64,000 bases of DNA from contig NW_026782059.1 in NCBI RefSeq assembly GCF_031769215.1, forward strand, positions 248,001 through 312,000, read 5' to 3'. The stretch is from Ylistrum balloti (Eukaryota). Made by a program: the position numbers and the translations under genes. Positions within the stretch are counted from its first letter, which is position 1, and every line of letters begins with the position of its first letter. The notes beneath the pieces were generated by a model. The model did no database searches. It was not told the DNA's origin and saw nothing but the letters and a program-made list of their open reading frames with translations. Below are positions 1 to 14,100 of the stretch, in pieces.

Positions 1-959
1 ACAGCATATAGGCAAGTAGAGTTCCACAGCAACCATACACATGTATGATCTATTTCATTTTTTTTTCAATCAATCAGGACATTCATTCTTGCTTTTTGAA
101 TAATTTGAAAAGTCTATAGAAGGGCACATAAATTCAGTTCAAGGAACATAATTGTACTAGTGTTCTGTTGTATATTATCATCAACAAATCAAAGTTACCA
201 TCCTTGTTGTTTGATATTGTTGATATTTCCTCAAACAGTGATTCTCATAAGGTCATCCAGTCGAGCAAATTTTTTAAAATTTTTATATATTTTTGTTACT
301 CCTATGCATATGTATATGTAAAGAGTGCTAGTGTGCATGTGTATATATTTTTGGGCAACTCCAATGTGTCAGTTCTTGTGACAAAACTATACAGAAATTG
401 AAGTTTTCTAAACTAATTTCTAAAATTTAAATACATCCTCAAGTTGATAGATTAAATTTCTTACAAAACTGTTGTCATGACAAAGACAAAATCGAATCAT
501 CAAAATTTCTGATAGTAAAGAAACTAGGCCTATACATGTCTGGTCACCTTACTAGCCAGTGTAATGTTGGAAATGAATTTCCTTCAGAATATAGCTAGCA
601 GTAGGCCTGGGATATCCTCATTGAGAGCAGGAGGAAAAAGTCTTGAACCTCTGCAAAGCAGAACTTCTTTTGAAAAACTGAGCTCAGCAATTAATGAAGG
701 TTAGTAATCTCCATGTTTCAAGAAATCTGTATGACGCTAAAAAAAACTGTAGAGAATAGACCTTGCCAAACACAACTCCAATTTTAAGCTCATAAAACAA
801 TGGAAAAGCATTTGTCCATTTTTGACACTGCAGATGTTAATACATGTAAGTCCACTTGAGCCGTAAAACACAATCAGTGGCATTTGAATTAAGTTTTAAA
901 AGTAATGCACAATAGCTGGAGTTATGGATATTCATTAAACAGGTAAAATACATGTGTAA

Positions 960-1370
960 TAAGAAGAAGTAATGAAAAACACTTTGCCGCCACTGGGGTT
1001 CGAATTAGCAACACTAACCAGACGCTCCATCGCATGACAACAGGGAAATCCAAGGCTAGTAAGGGACCTGTATTTTTTCTCAGCTTCTACATTACCTCCT
1101 CCTTTACAAAGTCTTTGACTTGGAGAACAACAACCCAGGTTTGTTATCTTCAAGGAAACACCTCAATTTCCTGAAGCTTCTACCCTTGGAGTAGTCAACA
1201 GCAACAAAATTGTAAAAGGAAGGAGTAATGAAGAACACCCTGCCACTGATGGGGTTCCAACTAGTGACCTTTTGGTTTCTACCCAGACACTCTACAGCTC
1301 CACTAAAGGGAAATTCCCAAGAGTAATGGCTTGAAAGGCAACCTCTGCTCTCAACTTCAGCATATATACC
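960..1370 (-). mobile_element. Two degenerate tRNA-derived SINE copies in the METTL21A intron
   Basis: Related segments at about 960-1110 and 1215-1370 with A-box-like and B-box-like (GGGGTTCGAA / GGGGTTCCAA on plus) motifs. A similar copy lies at about 24245-24400. Confidence 0.45.
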
Positions 1371-1581
1371 TCGAGGGGACCCAAGACCACATTGTATAAA
1401 GTGATATTCATAAAGGGCGACTTCATAAATGCAATTATAAATAACATAGTAACAAACTGATTACTGAAAAATGGTTACTCAAACTCAAATCCAGGACCAT
1501 TTCGTATGCATTCCTAACCTGTGAACTATATTTGTACCCGATGGCTAGTGTGCAGCGCTAATTAGCTAACAGAATGACCTA

Positions 1582-1995
<414 letters not shown>

Positions 1996-2117
1996 TTAAT
2001 AATATTATCATTCATTATCATAAATAAAAAAGTAATTCAATAATAATGTTGAAAACAGCTATTTTGATTATTGAAATGTTAACAGTGATACGAAACTACA
2101 GCCACAAATTTGACGTT

Positions 2118-2131
2118 GTTTCCATGGTAGC
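2118..2131 (+). promoter_or_regulatory. RFX X-box-like element
   Basis: GTTTCCATGGTAGC resembles the X-box consensus GTT(N)CCATGG(N)AAC and lies about 75 bp upstream of the C7orf57-like ATG. Confidence 0.45.
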
Positions 2132-2206
2132 ATGTACACGAGTCCATACGTCTACAGCTTGTTTATTATTGCCGTCGGCCTGCAGTCCTCATTGTAATCA
2201 AACAGT

Positions 2207-5200
2207 ATGGCGACAACGTCTTCAAAGAAAATAAAGGAGGCTGGTAAGTTCAGTTTTTTTTTATATCAATCTTAAGTAGCGGTGAATTATTTACTTTTCG
2301 TTGCCCCATGTCTGTATGGATAACAATGTGTCAATCCGTCTGATAGCAGAATAGGCAATGGCCGTCTTTATTAGGTAAATACATGGATTATTATGTTGTC
2401 ATACCTCTACTATAGTCGGATCTACCGAAATACGGGGTATTCATCTTGCAACTAACACTGCCATTGTCGAAATACAACTGCCGCTTGTATTTTTGCTGTA
2501 AGATATTCACAAACTCCAAAGGTTCGCTACTTGCGTCTTTCTTTAGCCTCGCAAAAATACAGCTTATATGTTAAGACACTGACCATTTCTTTACCATGAA
2601 TGTGTGTTGGTCATATCACAATCCCTCTCCCTAATTATTTTTATTGTTAAATCTTGGCGGATTGCTAATGTATTGTAGTTGTAGGAACATAACAGGATCT
2701 TCTTTGGACGCTGGTCTATTCGACCACTATATATGTCCGCATCTAATTGATCAGTTTCGTCATTTTTACTTTTACGTGACATCTTCCGGCGTTGTCTATG
2801 TCCGAGTTGTGGTTGTATTTTACATCCTAGTTTTTCAAAAAATTATCCATTTTTGCTTCAAAATATTTAACAGTTTTTGCTTGCATCACAGATTCTGGTA
2901 AATTGTTACAATTATCCACTGTTCTTTAAGTGAAGCTGACCTTTCTCACATTTGTGTTGCAGCACTGTTTATGTACTTTAAGACTTTGTTCCCTTGTGGA
3001 TGTACTTTTTGTTTTGGCAAAGAATCCAATAGATACATTTTGTCATATGAACCATTCATGATCTTAAACATTCCTATCATATCACGCCTTAGATGTCTAT
3101 ATTTCAGTGTTGGCATCTTTAGTTTCTTCAGTTGGTCACTATAACCATGTCTTTTAATGATGTAACTTGATAGAATATGTTTAATAAATTAAAATAATTT
3201 TGAATTACTATTTCCTCAGACCTGAACACCAGACGTTGAACTTCTAGACATAAAAATGAGATAATAAATAATTTATGTACTTACAGTACCATGCAGACAA
3301 ACAGTAAAATCATTGAAAGGACATACAACATATATACATGAACCTGTATGGATATATACAAATCAAAGTGTAAAATGTATGCCTTATCCAAAAATACATC
3401 ACACACAAACTACATTATATCTACATATTGTATGTATCGGTTTATGTTGTACAGATAGGTTCATTTATACTAATTGATATGAAATGATGTCAGTCACTAA
3501 CTTGTAGAAACTGTTTTGTGATATACATTGATTTATTGTTTTGCTTTAGGCTGGTTCTACCATGCCCCAGCCAGGAGGAAGAATGTGGAGCCTGTGCTTG
3601 TCCCACCTGCTTCCCAGATACCGGGCCTCAACGATCCTGTGGAGGGTGAAATGATTGGTGATCCAGTCAGACCTCTGTATCGTGACACAGACACAAAATA
3701 TATACGACTTGCTAAACAGGGAGGTAGACAGAGTAAGTATTGATGTAGGTAGAAAGACAATTATCAATATACCCTAAAAACTTGAAAAAGTAACATGTGG
3801 CTTATTTTCTTTAACAATGTAAGCAAATACAGGTATATTGATATAAGAAACTACAGACTTGTTTTCAGGATAGGCTTATTTCTGAAGTTTTTTAGTTTGT
3901 TTTTGTTTTGTTTTTAAGTTTTTAGAGTATTATAATGCATGTGTTCTTAAACTCACTTTGTTGAGTTTAATTATAAATATTCCATGAATCCTACATTTTA
4001 TTTGGTCCTACTTGTATTTCCAACCAACAGCCTTTGAATACAATATCAGTGATAGTGGGTAATGTGAATCAATCAGGTTAAGTACACCATAATATATTTA
4101 TTATTTTCTATTTTTTCCTGTCAGATTTGCTTCAATTCAAAGAAAATCCAAAGATGTCAGAGAGACCTTGTGTTGGTTACCCGCGATCAGAATGGTTTTA
4201 TCTAGAGGACAATGCTATAGAGGATGCTGCTTCAGAACCAGACACAGGGTGAGTATTGATCGATGATTATCATGGAATATACCCAGAATGTGTTTAAGAA
4301 TTGATTCAAATTAAAAATTCAAGAGTAAAATTAAAAATGATACTAAATATCATCTATCATAAAATAATAGAAAAAACCAGGACAAAAAAAAAGTAGAAAT
4401 TTTCAATGGAATAAAAAGGCTACTATTTGTTGTACAATATTATGTATACATAATGTATAAACTGCTTTTAGAGAATACACAATTAATAAAGGTCCCTTGG
4501 GTTATGATATCTGTAGTCATTTTGCCATGTTCCAAGAAAAAACAATACCTGTAGTCTGCACAATTTATCAGAAAACAATTCATCATTAAGAAAAACTATA
4601 GCTTATGTGAAACGTTGCTGTTTATGGTTGTTAAACATAAGTATATGACCTTGTTTTGAACTTACAAATTTGACAAGATTTGTAAATATTCTTTTTATTA
4701 AACATGGACTTTGTATCTATCTCTGTTACAGAAAATATAAATCAAAGTAATTTGATAAAAAAAAAACAAGAAAATATGATTCACACTTTTGTTTTACATT
4801 TCTTTTTAATGTGAGTTTTTATTTTTTAAATTCTTTTGTCAGAAAATATGAGTTTCGTGTCCCTGAGTATATGTTCCATGATGTTCACCAGCCCTCTACA
4901 GATGAAAACTACCTAAAAGCAGGTCGCACGCCATACGCATATGACAAGCTCTCTGCATATGACAGAGAGGGCAAAAATGTGAAGAATAAGACACTTAAAC
5001 TTCCTGAGGTCAAGAGGTCAGGGTATGGCGTGAGGATTGCCAAACCTCCTAGAGTAAAGTCACATCCACAGGAACGCACAAAACCTTCAGATGCTGCCAA
5101 AATATCACAACTGGAGCGAGAAAGACCACATCTGAAATATCTTCCGCTGTATGTATACTCTTTATTAACTACTAGCTATATGATTTAGATGTCAATCAAT

Positions 5201-7752
5201 ACTTGTAATTTAAGTTTTATGGCTGGATACACAGATATTAATTTTTATTCATTTAGAAACAAGGAAAACCTTGGTTTCATATTTGTATATTTTGACTTTC
5301 AAATTTTTTGAGAAATCAGATTGAAGTAAATTGAAAATAGTAAACTTCCATATGATTAAATGAAAATAAATTTGAAACCTGAATCGTTCCACAGAAACAT
5401 CGGGTGTTTCACTCATGCATGTAAAGTTTTCATCGTATTTGATTTGTCTGTTTTTTTCAAAATTTTGAAACAAGTCATTATGCTCCCCAAAGAGAGCGCA
5501 TATAGTCACCGCTTTGTCTGTCCCTCCCTTTGTCTGTCCATCATAATTTTGTCCAGAGCATTACACTAACACTACATAAGAGGTAACAGCAGGAAACATG
5601 AAAATCCTTGTCACCTCAATTTTCACATAATTTAAGCTACTTGAATTAGATTTTCCTTCATTATTTTAAGAAATATTGCAAAAATCAGACAGTATTTCGA
5701 TAATTTCTATATCACATTATCTACATCATACCATCAACATGTTCATGAATAACAACAGCAAATAAAAAAATCTGTTAAAAGACTATGCGTATATATTCTT
5801 TCTCATGAATAAAATTTCAGGAAATGAGTATGAATAGATATTTTTTACAACATCCGTTATTGTCAGTTAAAATAAGGTGCAATAACCATTTTTTCTGGTA
5901 AACATTTTAATAGGCCTGAAGAAGAAAAGGACAAGGCAAAGATGACCAAGATATTGTCCTTTGCATATGATCGAGAGTGGCAGGACCGCATCACAAAATG
6001 GCAGGCACAACAGGACAAAGTTCGGGATAAGCACCGCGCCATGCTAGCAGCAGACACTCAAATAGACAAGGAACCAATCAACACCGAGTACAGAACGACC
6101 ATTGGAAAACAGATCGGAAGTTCCTATAGAAGATCAGAGTATGTACACAGATATTACACACTGGGAGACATGAATGCCCCATTATAGTCCAGAAAAAATA
6201 CTAAATTTGAATTTTGCTCTATTTATTAACTCCTTTCCACCAATTCACACTGAAATCAGTTTCTGACCAATTGCACAATTTTTGTCTAATTGCTTCTGTC
6301 AATTGCTGTATTATAAGATAATTACTGCATAAAATTCATTATCATTGTCAATGTTCATCACCTGACTTTTGCGAGCCTTGTTTTAACATGCCGTTTTGAT
6401 ATGATTTCTTAATATGTGTAATTAGCCAAATCTTAATTAGCCAGCCATGTTTCAATTCTGACTTTGTAAAATGACCTCTTGTTTCATACTATACGTGTGA
6501 CAAAGCAAAATAAATGAATTTGAATTAATCTGAATCTAAAATTGCATGCCCAAAGACATTGTTTACACTCTATGAATGAAAATGATATGTACAGTATTAG
6601 TATTAGTGTTGGGTCGCTCCTATTTGATTTCAATTTTTTGACGTTGTTGATAAAATGGTTATGCAAACTTTAAAATATTATAATTAATAGAAAGTACACA
6701 ATTCTTAACAGATATTTAAATGTGATAACCTTTTAACACGTGAAATGACAAATTAATAGCTCTTAAAAGTAATCAATGATTATATAAAGATCTTTTCATT
6801 TCTACTTCTACTACTGCATTATAATATATGTAGTTAACAGTATGGAGATAATGTTTTTCATTATTTGGCCCATGTTTGTCGATTTCAGGAAAGGAAAAAA
6901 ACAGAATGAGCCATGTTATTCCACACAGTCCAATCCAGAACAGCAAAATAATGATGACGGTAAAAAGGCAATGTCCCAGAAAGAAAAAGAACTGTTCAAG
7001 TTATCCAGGTAAAAAACTGTTCCATAATCTTTCTTTATTTAATTCTTTTTTTCAATTTCTTTATTTGATCTTTTTGATATTCCTTCAACCTTATCATTTG
7101 ATAATTGTGAATTTGTTTTTTGTAGTAAAAGTAATTTCCTGAAGATTGATACAGAATGACTAAATCATACTTTTGTATCCCTATTTTATTGTCTCGACAG
7201 ATTTAAGTACCATTTTCTCAAGAAACACATTATTTTTACTATTTGGTGAACCTGTCTGTGATTTTCCTGTTTGGGTGCAAATGAGGCATAGATTGAATAA
7301 TTTGGCTTTCTATGAGATTACCGTTTATCTTTCTGGTTTTTTGGAATTTGGTTTACCAATGTAAAAGCTGTTTTGTTAGTGATTCTTACCACAGGACAGC
7401 ATAAAACCACAAAATACAATGTAAAGTAGCCGATTCAAAATGGCTTCATCCTGTTGTATGGGGTAACGTCAAACTATCTGACGTCAACAAAAGAGGCTTC
7501 TAATAATTCCTTTTTGAACATCAGTTTAATTTATGTTTTGACCAGCTTTTTTCCTGATCTTTTCTCTTTAAAAATTTAATAAGAAATAATCGCATCAATT
7601 TCTAGAAGGACGGTACATATCTGACCTGTTTACAAAAATCTGAAGATATCTATTGTGTTTTTTATCTTCCTTTTAGGTTCAAAAACATTCCATCCAAGGT
7701 AGACTCTCATAATGCTGTGAAGGCTGAGGTTCCTGTGGTGGCTGCTCATTAG
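2207..7752 (+). CDS. C7orf57: C7orf57 homolog (DUF5524 family), 7 coding exons, 356 aa
   Basis: Exons 2207-2243, 3550-3732, 4125-4248, 4843-5148, 5914-6138, 6889-7008, 7677-7752. All introns are GT-AG with compatible phases; total 1071 nt ending in TAG. Recalled family motifs: WFYH.P, PPASQIPGL, TD..Y..LAKQGGR..LL, P.YM.H, K.LS..Y..EW. C-terminal ELFKLSRFKNIPSKVD. Confidence 0.85.
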
Positions 7753-10639
7753 TTTTGTCTCTAAACTTAAAATATGAGGGCAATATATTAAGCATTGACA
7801 AATTCAAAGTATTGTTCAGTGACTTCAGGGGCTGTTTACTGAAAGTGATCTATAAAGAGGAATGGATTTTCCTGGTCAAATAATAATATAACTTTGATTT
7901 CTTAAGAGACAGTTGAAATATTCTATTAAAATAGTTTACATACAGAACCAGTGCAATATAGATGAGATCATTCTGTGTTGTCTCATTTGTAAGCAAACTA
8001 GATGTATGAATATGATTAATATTTTAATTTCCTGATATTGTTTTTTTTTTTTCATCGATATGTTAATGATGTACAGATAAAAACCTGATACTGTTGTAAG
8101 GGAATATTGTTATATATGTACATGTATCAGTGAGATTTCAGTCGCTTAAAATATCAAAATTTGTTTCCTTTTTATAAGATCTAAAGACAGATGTCATCAA
8201 GATCTTAATCATCATGTCACAGCGATTGGTTTGATTTTTTTTTTCTTTTTTAAGTGCTAAGGTAATGAGTATTATATATTTTTATAACTCTTTGTAAAAC
8301 ACTAAATTATAAATTTACTTTTTATTTGAAATCACATCAAATTGGTATTTTAAATTTGTGTCTAATATCATGACCATGTCATGCTACACATATTTCAAGT
8401 CATTTTGACCTGGTAATTCTTAATTTAAATATGTCAATGCATTTGTATGTTTGTAATGTGGAATATTGAAATTTTTACAGTGAAAACTTATTCATATTTC
8501 ACTGTATTCCAGTTAATCTGTAACAGATGATAGATGGAAAGTGTAATAGAATGTAAAACGGAAGGAAAATATGTGCAATGTGTAACCATTGTTCTAATAC
8601 AGCTGTGTAATGCCAACTTTTCCAAAAGTTTGATATTTAAATCTAATATGCCATGTTCTCAAAACATAAAACATAAAAAAATATTCAAATTGGTTTTAAA
8701 AACATATTTAGCAGTACATGTATATAAAAAAGTGATAATAATAAATACAATTATACTATGATGTGTTTTGTTGTCTTCCTCAAATTCCAAATTCTTCACT
8801 GCTCAACATTTTTGTTTGCTGAAAGTTTTAATATAACAATACTGAACTGATTTTTCATTTCAAAATAATTAATAATAAATTGTTGGTGAGTTATAAATCT
8901 ATTAAATATTGTGCTTAAACAAGTATTTAGATATATGTACTGGAGGTGAGGGAGGAGGGGGTGGTTGAAAGGAGTAATGTAGGAGAATTATCTGCCTCAT
9001 TGTGTGTGATCACAACAATTTTTTTATTTGTCTTTTATTTCAATATAAACAATAAATAGTTTATTTCCTAGGAAACTGAAGATTTGAGGGGCAAAATGAC
9101 ATGAACAGTGGTATCATCCTTTAGGTTGGTAACACGTTTGTCACATCTACATGTTCGTAGTTGAAATATCCCAATCACCACATTTACTGTAGATATGTGC
9201 TTAATAAAACAATTACATACTATTTTCATTCAGTTTTAAAATAATCGCTTTAAAATTGTTTTCATCATCTGCCAAAATTTTGAAATTATAAACTGAAGAT
9301 TATAGTTATTCTGTTATTAGCTAAATCATGCCTTATCCAGGAACACATACATTTCACTGTTTTGTGATATTATCATATGAAAGTGTATTAAGAAGTGCGC
9401 TGCCACAGCATCAGCATGTTTGTACTATACACTTGGTATTATGCATAATGATTTTTGGCCAATTCCATCCGGAATCTTATATGTAATTTATGTAACAATG
9501 TCATCTACAAATAAAACTACTTGTAGAAAAACTCACAGCATATTTAATTATCTTTTTCTTAAGAAACACATTATTTCATGAAATAGACTATTTGTTCAAC
9601 CTGTCTGTGATGACCCAATAAAGGAAGTAGAAAGTGCTGGTGCCCTATAGTAAACTTGATGTCCGTCTGTTTGGCCCTCTGTCAGTATCTCGCTGTCTGT
9701 CCATTTGCACACCTGTTGTCCGTGTGTCATAAACTAACATTTGTCCGTAGATTTCTTACAGTTTCTTTTTCAAACTTAGTAGGTTAAATGACCATGACAG
9801 GAAGTTGTATTTTATTTTTTATAATTGGTATTTCTGGACTCGACTGTATTTGGAAGAGTTTCCGACCTTTTTAAATAACAATATTCATCTTGTCCATCTT
9901 GAAGTTGTGTTTCCTACACAGCAGTTTTTGAAGTAGTTATTGGTCATTGGTTTTTAAACATTTCAATGTATGGAGATCCCCGTCCTTCGTTTTACACCAA
10001 TTTCACTGACACTCGGTAGGCTTAATAACCATTAAAAATGGTGATTCCTTATTAGGGCCCCACATCGAGATATATTACCATGGACTCAATAAGTAGATTT
10101 ATCGATGAAACTTTTTTTTCTGTTGGCGTGACATAAAAATACTTATGAACCTATCTGACTGCCTTTCTAGATATGACTTACATTCGTATTGGTGACACTA
10201 ACTAACTGCATAAGTAGTATGATGACGTGGCGTAATAAGAAGACATATTGGTCTGCTATGTGATGTGACATGACAAAAAAACTATCAGCGATTGCCTTTG
10301 ATGACGTCACGTAATCAATGACCATTGATGTTGTGACGTGTAAAGTAGATTTTGTGTGTATGTTGTGCTGTAAAAATTTCATTCTTATTTCTACACTTTC
10401 CTGAATTGTTCAGTGCGATCATCAGTCTCCTCTATCTGACTTACCCACCGTGTTTTGTAACGTACGTAAAACCAGATTTATTGACGGATTTAACTTCGTC
10501 TGCCGTTTTATCTTACTGACTGTAGTATGACAAGAATTATTTTATTTTCTTGCATTTTCATCGTTCTTAAGAGATTGCTGTCGACGTTGGTGTCTATTGT
10601 AGTCTAGTATTTTACATCTTTCAAACGTTTCTAGATTTG

Positions 10640-11020
10640 TTGACTAATAGATATTTAAATAGATGTTAATCAAAGAGTTTGGACCATTATTTGTCTACAC
10701 TCGTGTCCTTATCCATCATGCTCCATTTCTCACTTCATCGCTGGAGACTGGTTTGTGACCCATGTTGTAAATAACATTTTCCCTGTTAGTAAGACTGAAG
10801 TGTAATAGGTGAAGCTGTATGATGCTGTATAATCTATCGTTAGGCCATACTGTTTCCTATTCTAATCTGTTTAAGGTACTACTCGCTTGAGTATATTCAA
10901 TAAAATCCCTTGGAAGTGTTTTCAAGTATTTAGTCAAAAATGGATGATTTCTCACGGTTGCGGTTGATTGTTTTGGCCAATCAATCTCCTTCAGATTGAA
11001 ATTCCTTTCAATAATTAGAT
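10640..11020 (-). pseudogene. Possible decayed LINE (CR1/L2-type) endonuclease fragment
   Basis: Minus-strand RNFNLKEIDW resembles the APE motif GDFNLP.IDW. The rest is broken by stops and frameshifts. Confidence 0.3.
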
Positions 11021-11167
11021 AGAATGGGGTTATTTATAGCATATAACAATAAATAAAATAACAGTGATTAAATAAATCAAGAAAAGAATCAAAAACAAAA
11101 GAAAGGTGTCGTGTCGTTTAATTCAAAACAAAATAACCCATGTCATGTATATCCGGTTATCGGAGGT

Positions 11168-14100
11168 CTATCTGATGTGTTTTTGGATCCAATCCCTGTA
11201 GCAGCTTATTCTAGTATAGACACTAGGATGATTGACGGCACAGCCAAAATGACCAAATGACGTAACGCCAACAAGCACTTTCCCACAGCTGAGTGCTCCA
11301 CCGCTGTCACCCTACAAAAATGAGAACGGAAATACATCGTATATACTATAAATCAAATCATTACGAATTTTAACAGTTACCTTAGCAGAAGGTGAAGGAC
11401 GGTAAAGCTAGCAGAAGGTGAAGGACGGTAACGCTAGCAGAAGGTGAAGGACGGTAACGCTAGCAGAAGGTGAAGGACGGTAAAGCTAGCAGAAGGTGAA
11501 GGACGGTAACGCTAGCAGAAGGTGAAGGACGGTAAAGCTAGCAGAAGGTGAAGGACGGTAACGCTAGCAGAAGGTGAAGGACGGTAAAGCTAGCAGAAGG
11601 TGAAGGACGGTAACGCTAGCAGAAGGTGAAGGACGGTAACGCTAGCAGAAGGTGAAGGACGGTAAAGCTAGCAGAAGGTGAAGGACGGTAACGCTAGCAG
11701 AAGGCGAAGGACGGTAAAGCTAGCAGAAGATGAAGGACGGTAACGCTAGCAGAAGGTGAAGGACGGTAAAGCTAGCAGAAGGTGAAGGACGGTAAAGCTA
11801 GCAGAAGGTGAAGGAGGTAAAGCTAGCAGAAGGTGAAGGACGGTAACGCTAGCAGAAGGTGAAGGACGGTAAAGCTAGCAGAAGGTGAAGGACGGTAACG
11901 CTAGCAGAAGGTGAAGGACGGTAAAGCTAGCAGAAGGTGAAGGACGGTAACGCTAGCAGAAGGTGAAGGACGGTAAGGAGCTAGCAGAAGGTGAAGGACG
12001 GTAACGCTAGCAGAAGGCGAAGGACGGTAAAGCTAGCAGAAGGTGAAGGACGGTAACACTAGCAGAAGGTGAAGAACGGTAACACTAGCAGAGGTGAAGG
12101 ACGATTAGTAACATTAGTTTAAGGAGGCAAGGCATGATAGAACAAAAAGAAAGAGTTTAAATGATGGCAACAAACTATTCCAATTTCTGCAATGTTGATT
12201 CTCAATAACAAAAAAACCACAAAGAGACACACAGGCGTCTAATTCTGAAAGGCGCACACATAAGCAACCTTTCTGTGCTTATAAAATATAGCAAACGCAC
12301 GCCTTACAATTATCATCTACATTGGAAACATGGAGAAATTACTCTAAACTTGCTACGTCATTGCAACTACAACTTTCCACGGTTACGGTATATCACCTGT
12401 ACGCTCGGTTGCTATTTAGTTAGAACATGTACGTGCAATTTTACCGTGATCAACACACCTACATGGTTTATCTAGCAGATTATAAAAATGTTCAGAATCA
12501 TACATATATGTACCTAGGTTCATTTTAACATTTACTAACAATCGTTATTTCACGTTTAGTTATCGAAATCTGACGAGACCTATATTGAAAAGTCTTGTAA
12601 TGATGGCTATTTTCGAACATGTGCTTGGAATTGTACAGTGGCGGTCTAAGAAAATGGATGCATATATTAAGCTAGTTATATTAAATGGCTTTTGAATATG
12701 TAGGTAGGTTAAAATAAGTTTGTCCCTGTTGATGTATCAGTTAAAACTTTCACACGGTTTTGAATTATTTAAAACATTGTCTGAATGCCGTCGCTAAAAT
12801 GTCGTGTTTTGATATTGGGAGGATGTCTGCCATCCACCACGGCATTGTGAGGACAGAAAACAAATCACGGGTAGAACCTTTAGGACCAAGGAACTCGAAC
12901 AAACATGCGATCGTAGTATTCTAACTTAGGCATGAAAAGTGTCAGAATGTTTCAGTTACGTAGGACTTACAAAGCAAGCTCCATTATATCCGGTGTACAC
13001 ACACACATGACTTTTCTTGATAAAGCTTTTACCCGCCCTCTTCTTACAGTCTGACACAGTGAGTACTTTGGTCCGTGCCTTCTGCAGTTTGTTGGTACGA
13101 ATTAATGCTGAAATGAATATATTTATTTTCAACAGCGTATTATCATTTAAGAACAAGAGGCCCATGTATATATGGCTCGCTCTTACTTTAGCTCGCTGAA
13201 ATTGCTTCATCAAAACTTAATGGAAAGTGTTTAGGCCCCGCCCCTTAGTCCGATGGGGATCAGATGTACTGTTTATACAAAAGTAAGTTCCTTTTACCCT
13301 TGCAAGCTTCAGACCAAAATTGAGGCAAAATTCAATAATTCTTAACGAACAAGAACACTGGCTGTATTTTCCCTGCTGTAACTCACTCCACCCTCCCCAG
13401 GGGGCCGAGACCCACTGTTCCTCTTATTTCCTAATTAATTCCTCTTGTCCCAAAAATGCTTGCAAATTTGAACATAATCCTTACATTCCTACACAAGTAG
13501 AAGGATTTTCAAATATTTGCTCATTTAGTATACTAGACTCACTCCTCCACCCCCACTCCCCCCAACTCCCCCCAACAACAAATGGGCTTAGGGTGCCGTG
13601 ACACACTTTACCATTGATTTCCCTTCAGCAAACAATGCAAGTCCAACTTCACTCCTACAAGAGAATAAGGACTTGAAGAATATGCTCTATTGCTGCCATT
13701 GGGTCCCGCCCTTCCTGCGACAGGGGGTCGTGATGGCCGATCGTTTACATAACATTTATTTCTCTTCACTCAAGGATACTTCAGACCAAATTTGGGCAGA
13801 ATTCAAACACTCCTACAGTTGAGGAACATTTCTGGTTTTGGGCCCCGCCACTCCTCCTCTGGACGGGTATGACCCGCATGTTATACAACATTGATTTACC
13901 TTACCAAACAATACTTAAGGCCAACTAAGTGTAAAATCCAATATCTCGTATTGCTATCGAATTTGCTTTATGTTTTTAATGGGCCATACCCCTTCTTAGT
14001 GGGCCGAGACACACCACTTATACAAAATTGATTTTCCCTTAACCCAACAAGGCTTCAAACAAAATAAAGACAAAATCCTATCACTATTTCCCTTTAGGGC

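Noticed and set aside
1-420. Possible METTL21A exon 2 or RT remnant
   Set aside because: No ELGAGTG motif and no clean RT motif in any frame. The resemblance (IDFSKLF) is too weak.
11383-12105. CRISPR-like appearance of the 26-bp array (also the 32-bp and 21-bp arrays)
   Set aside because: Units are head-to-tail with no unique spacers, there are no cas genes, and the context is eukaryotic and spliced.
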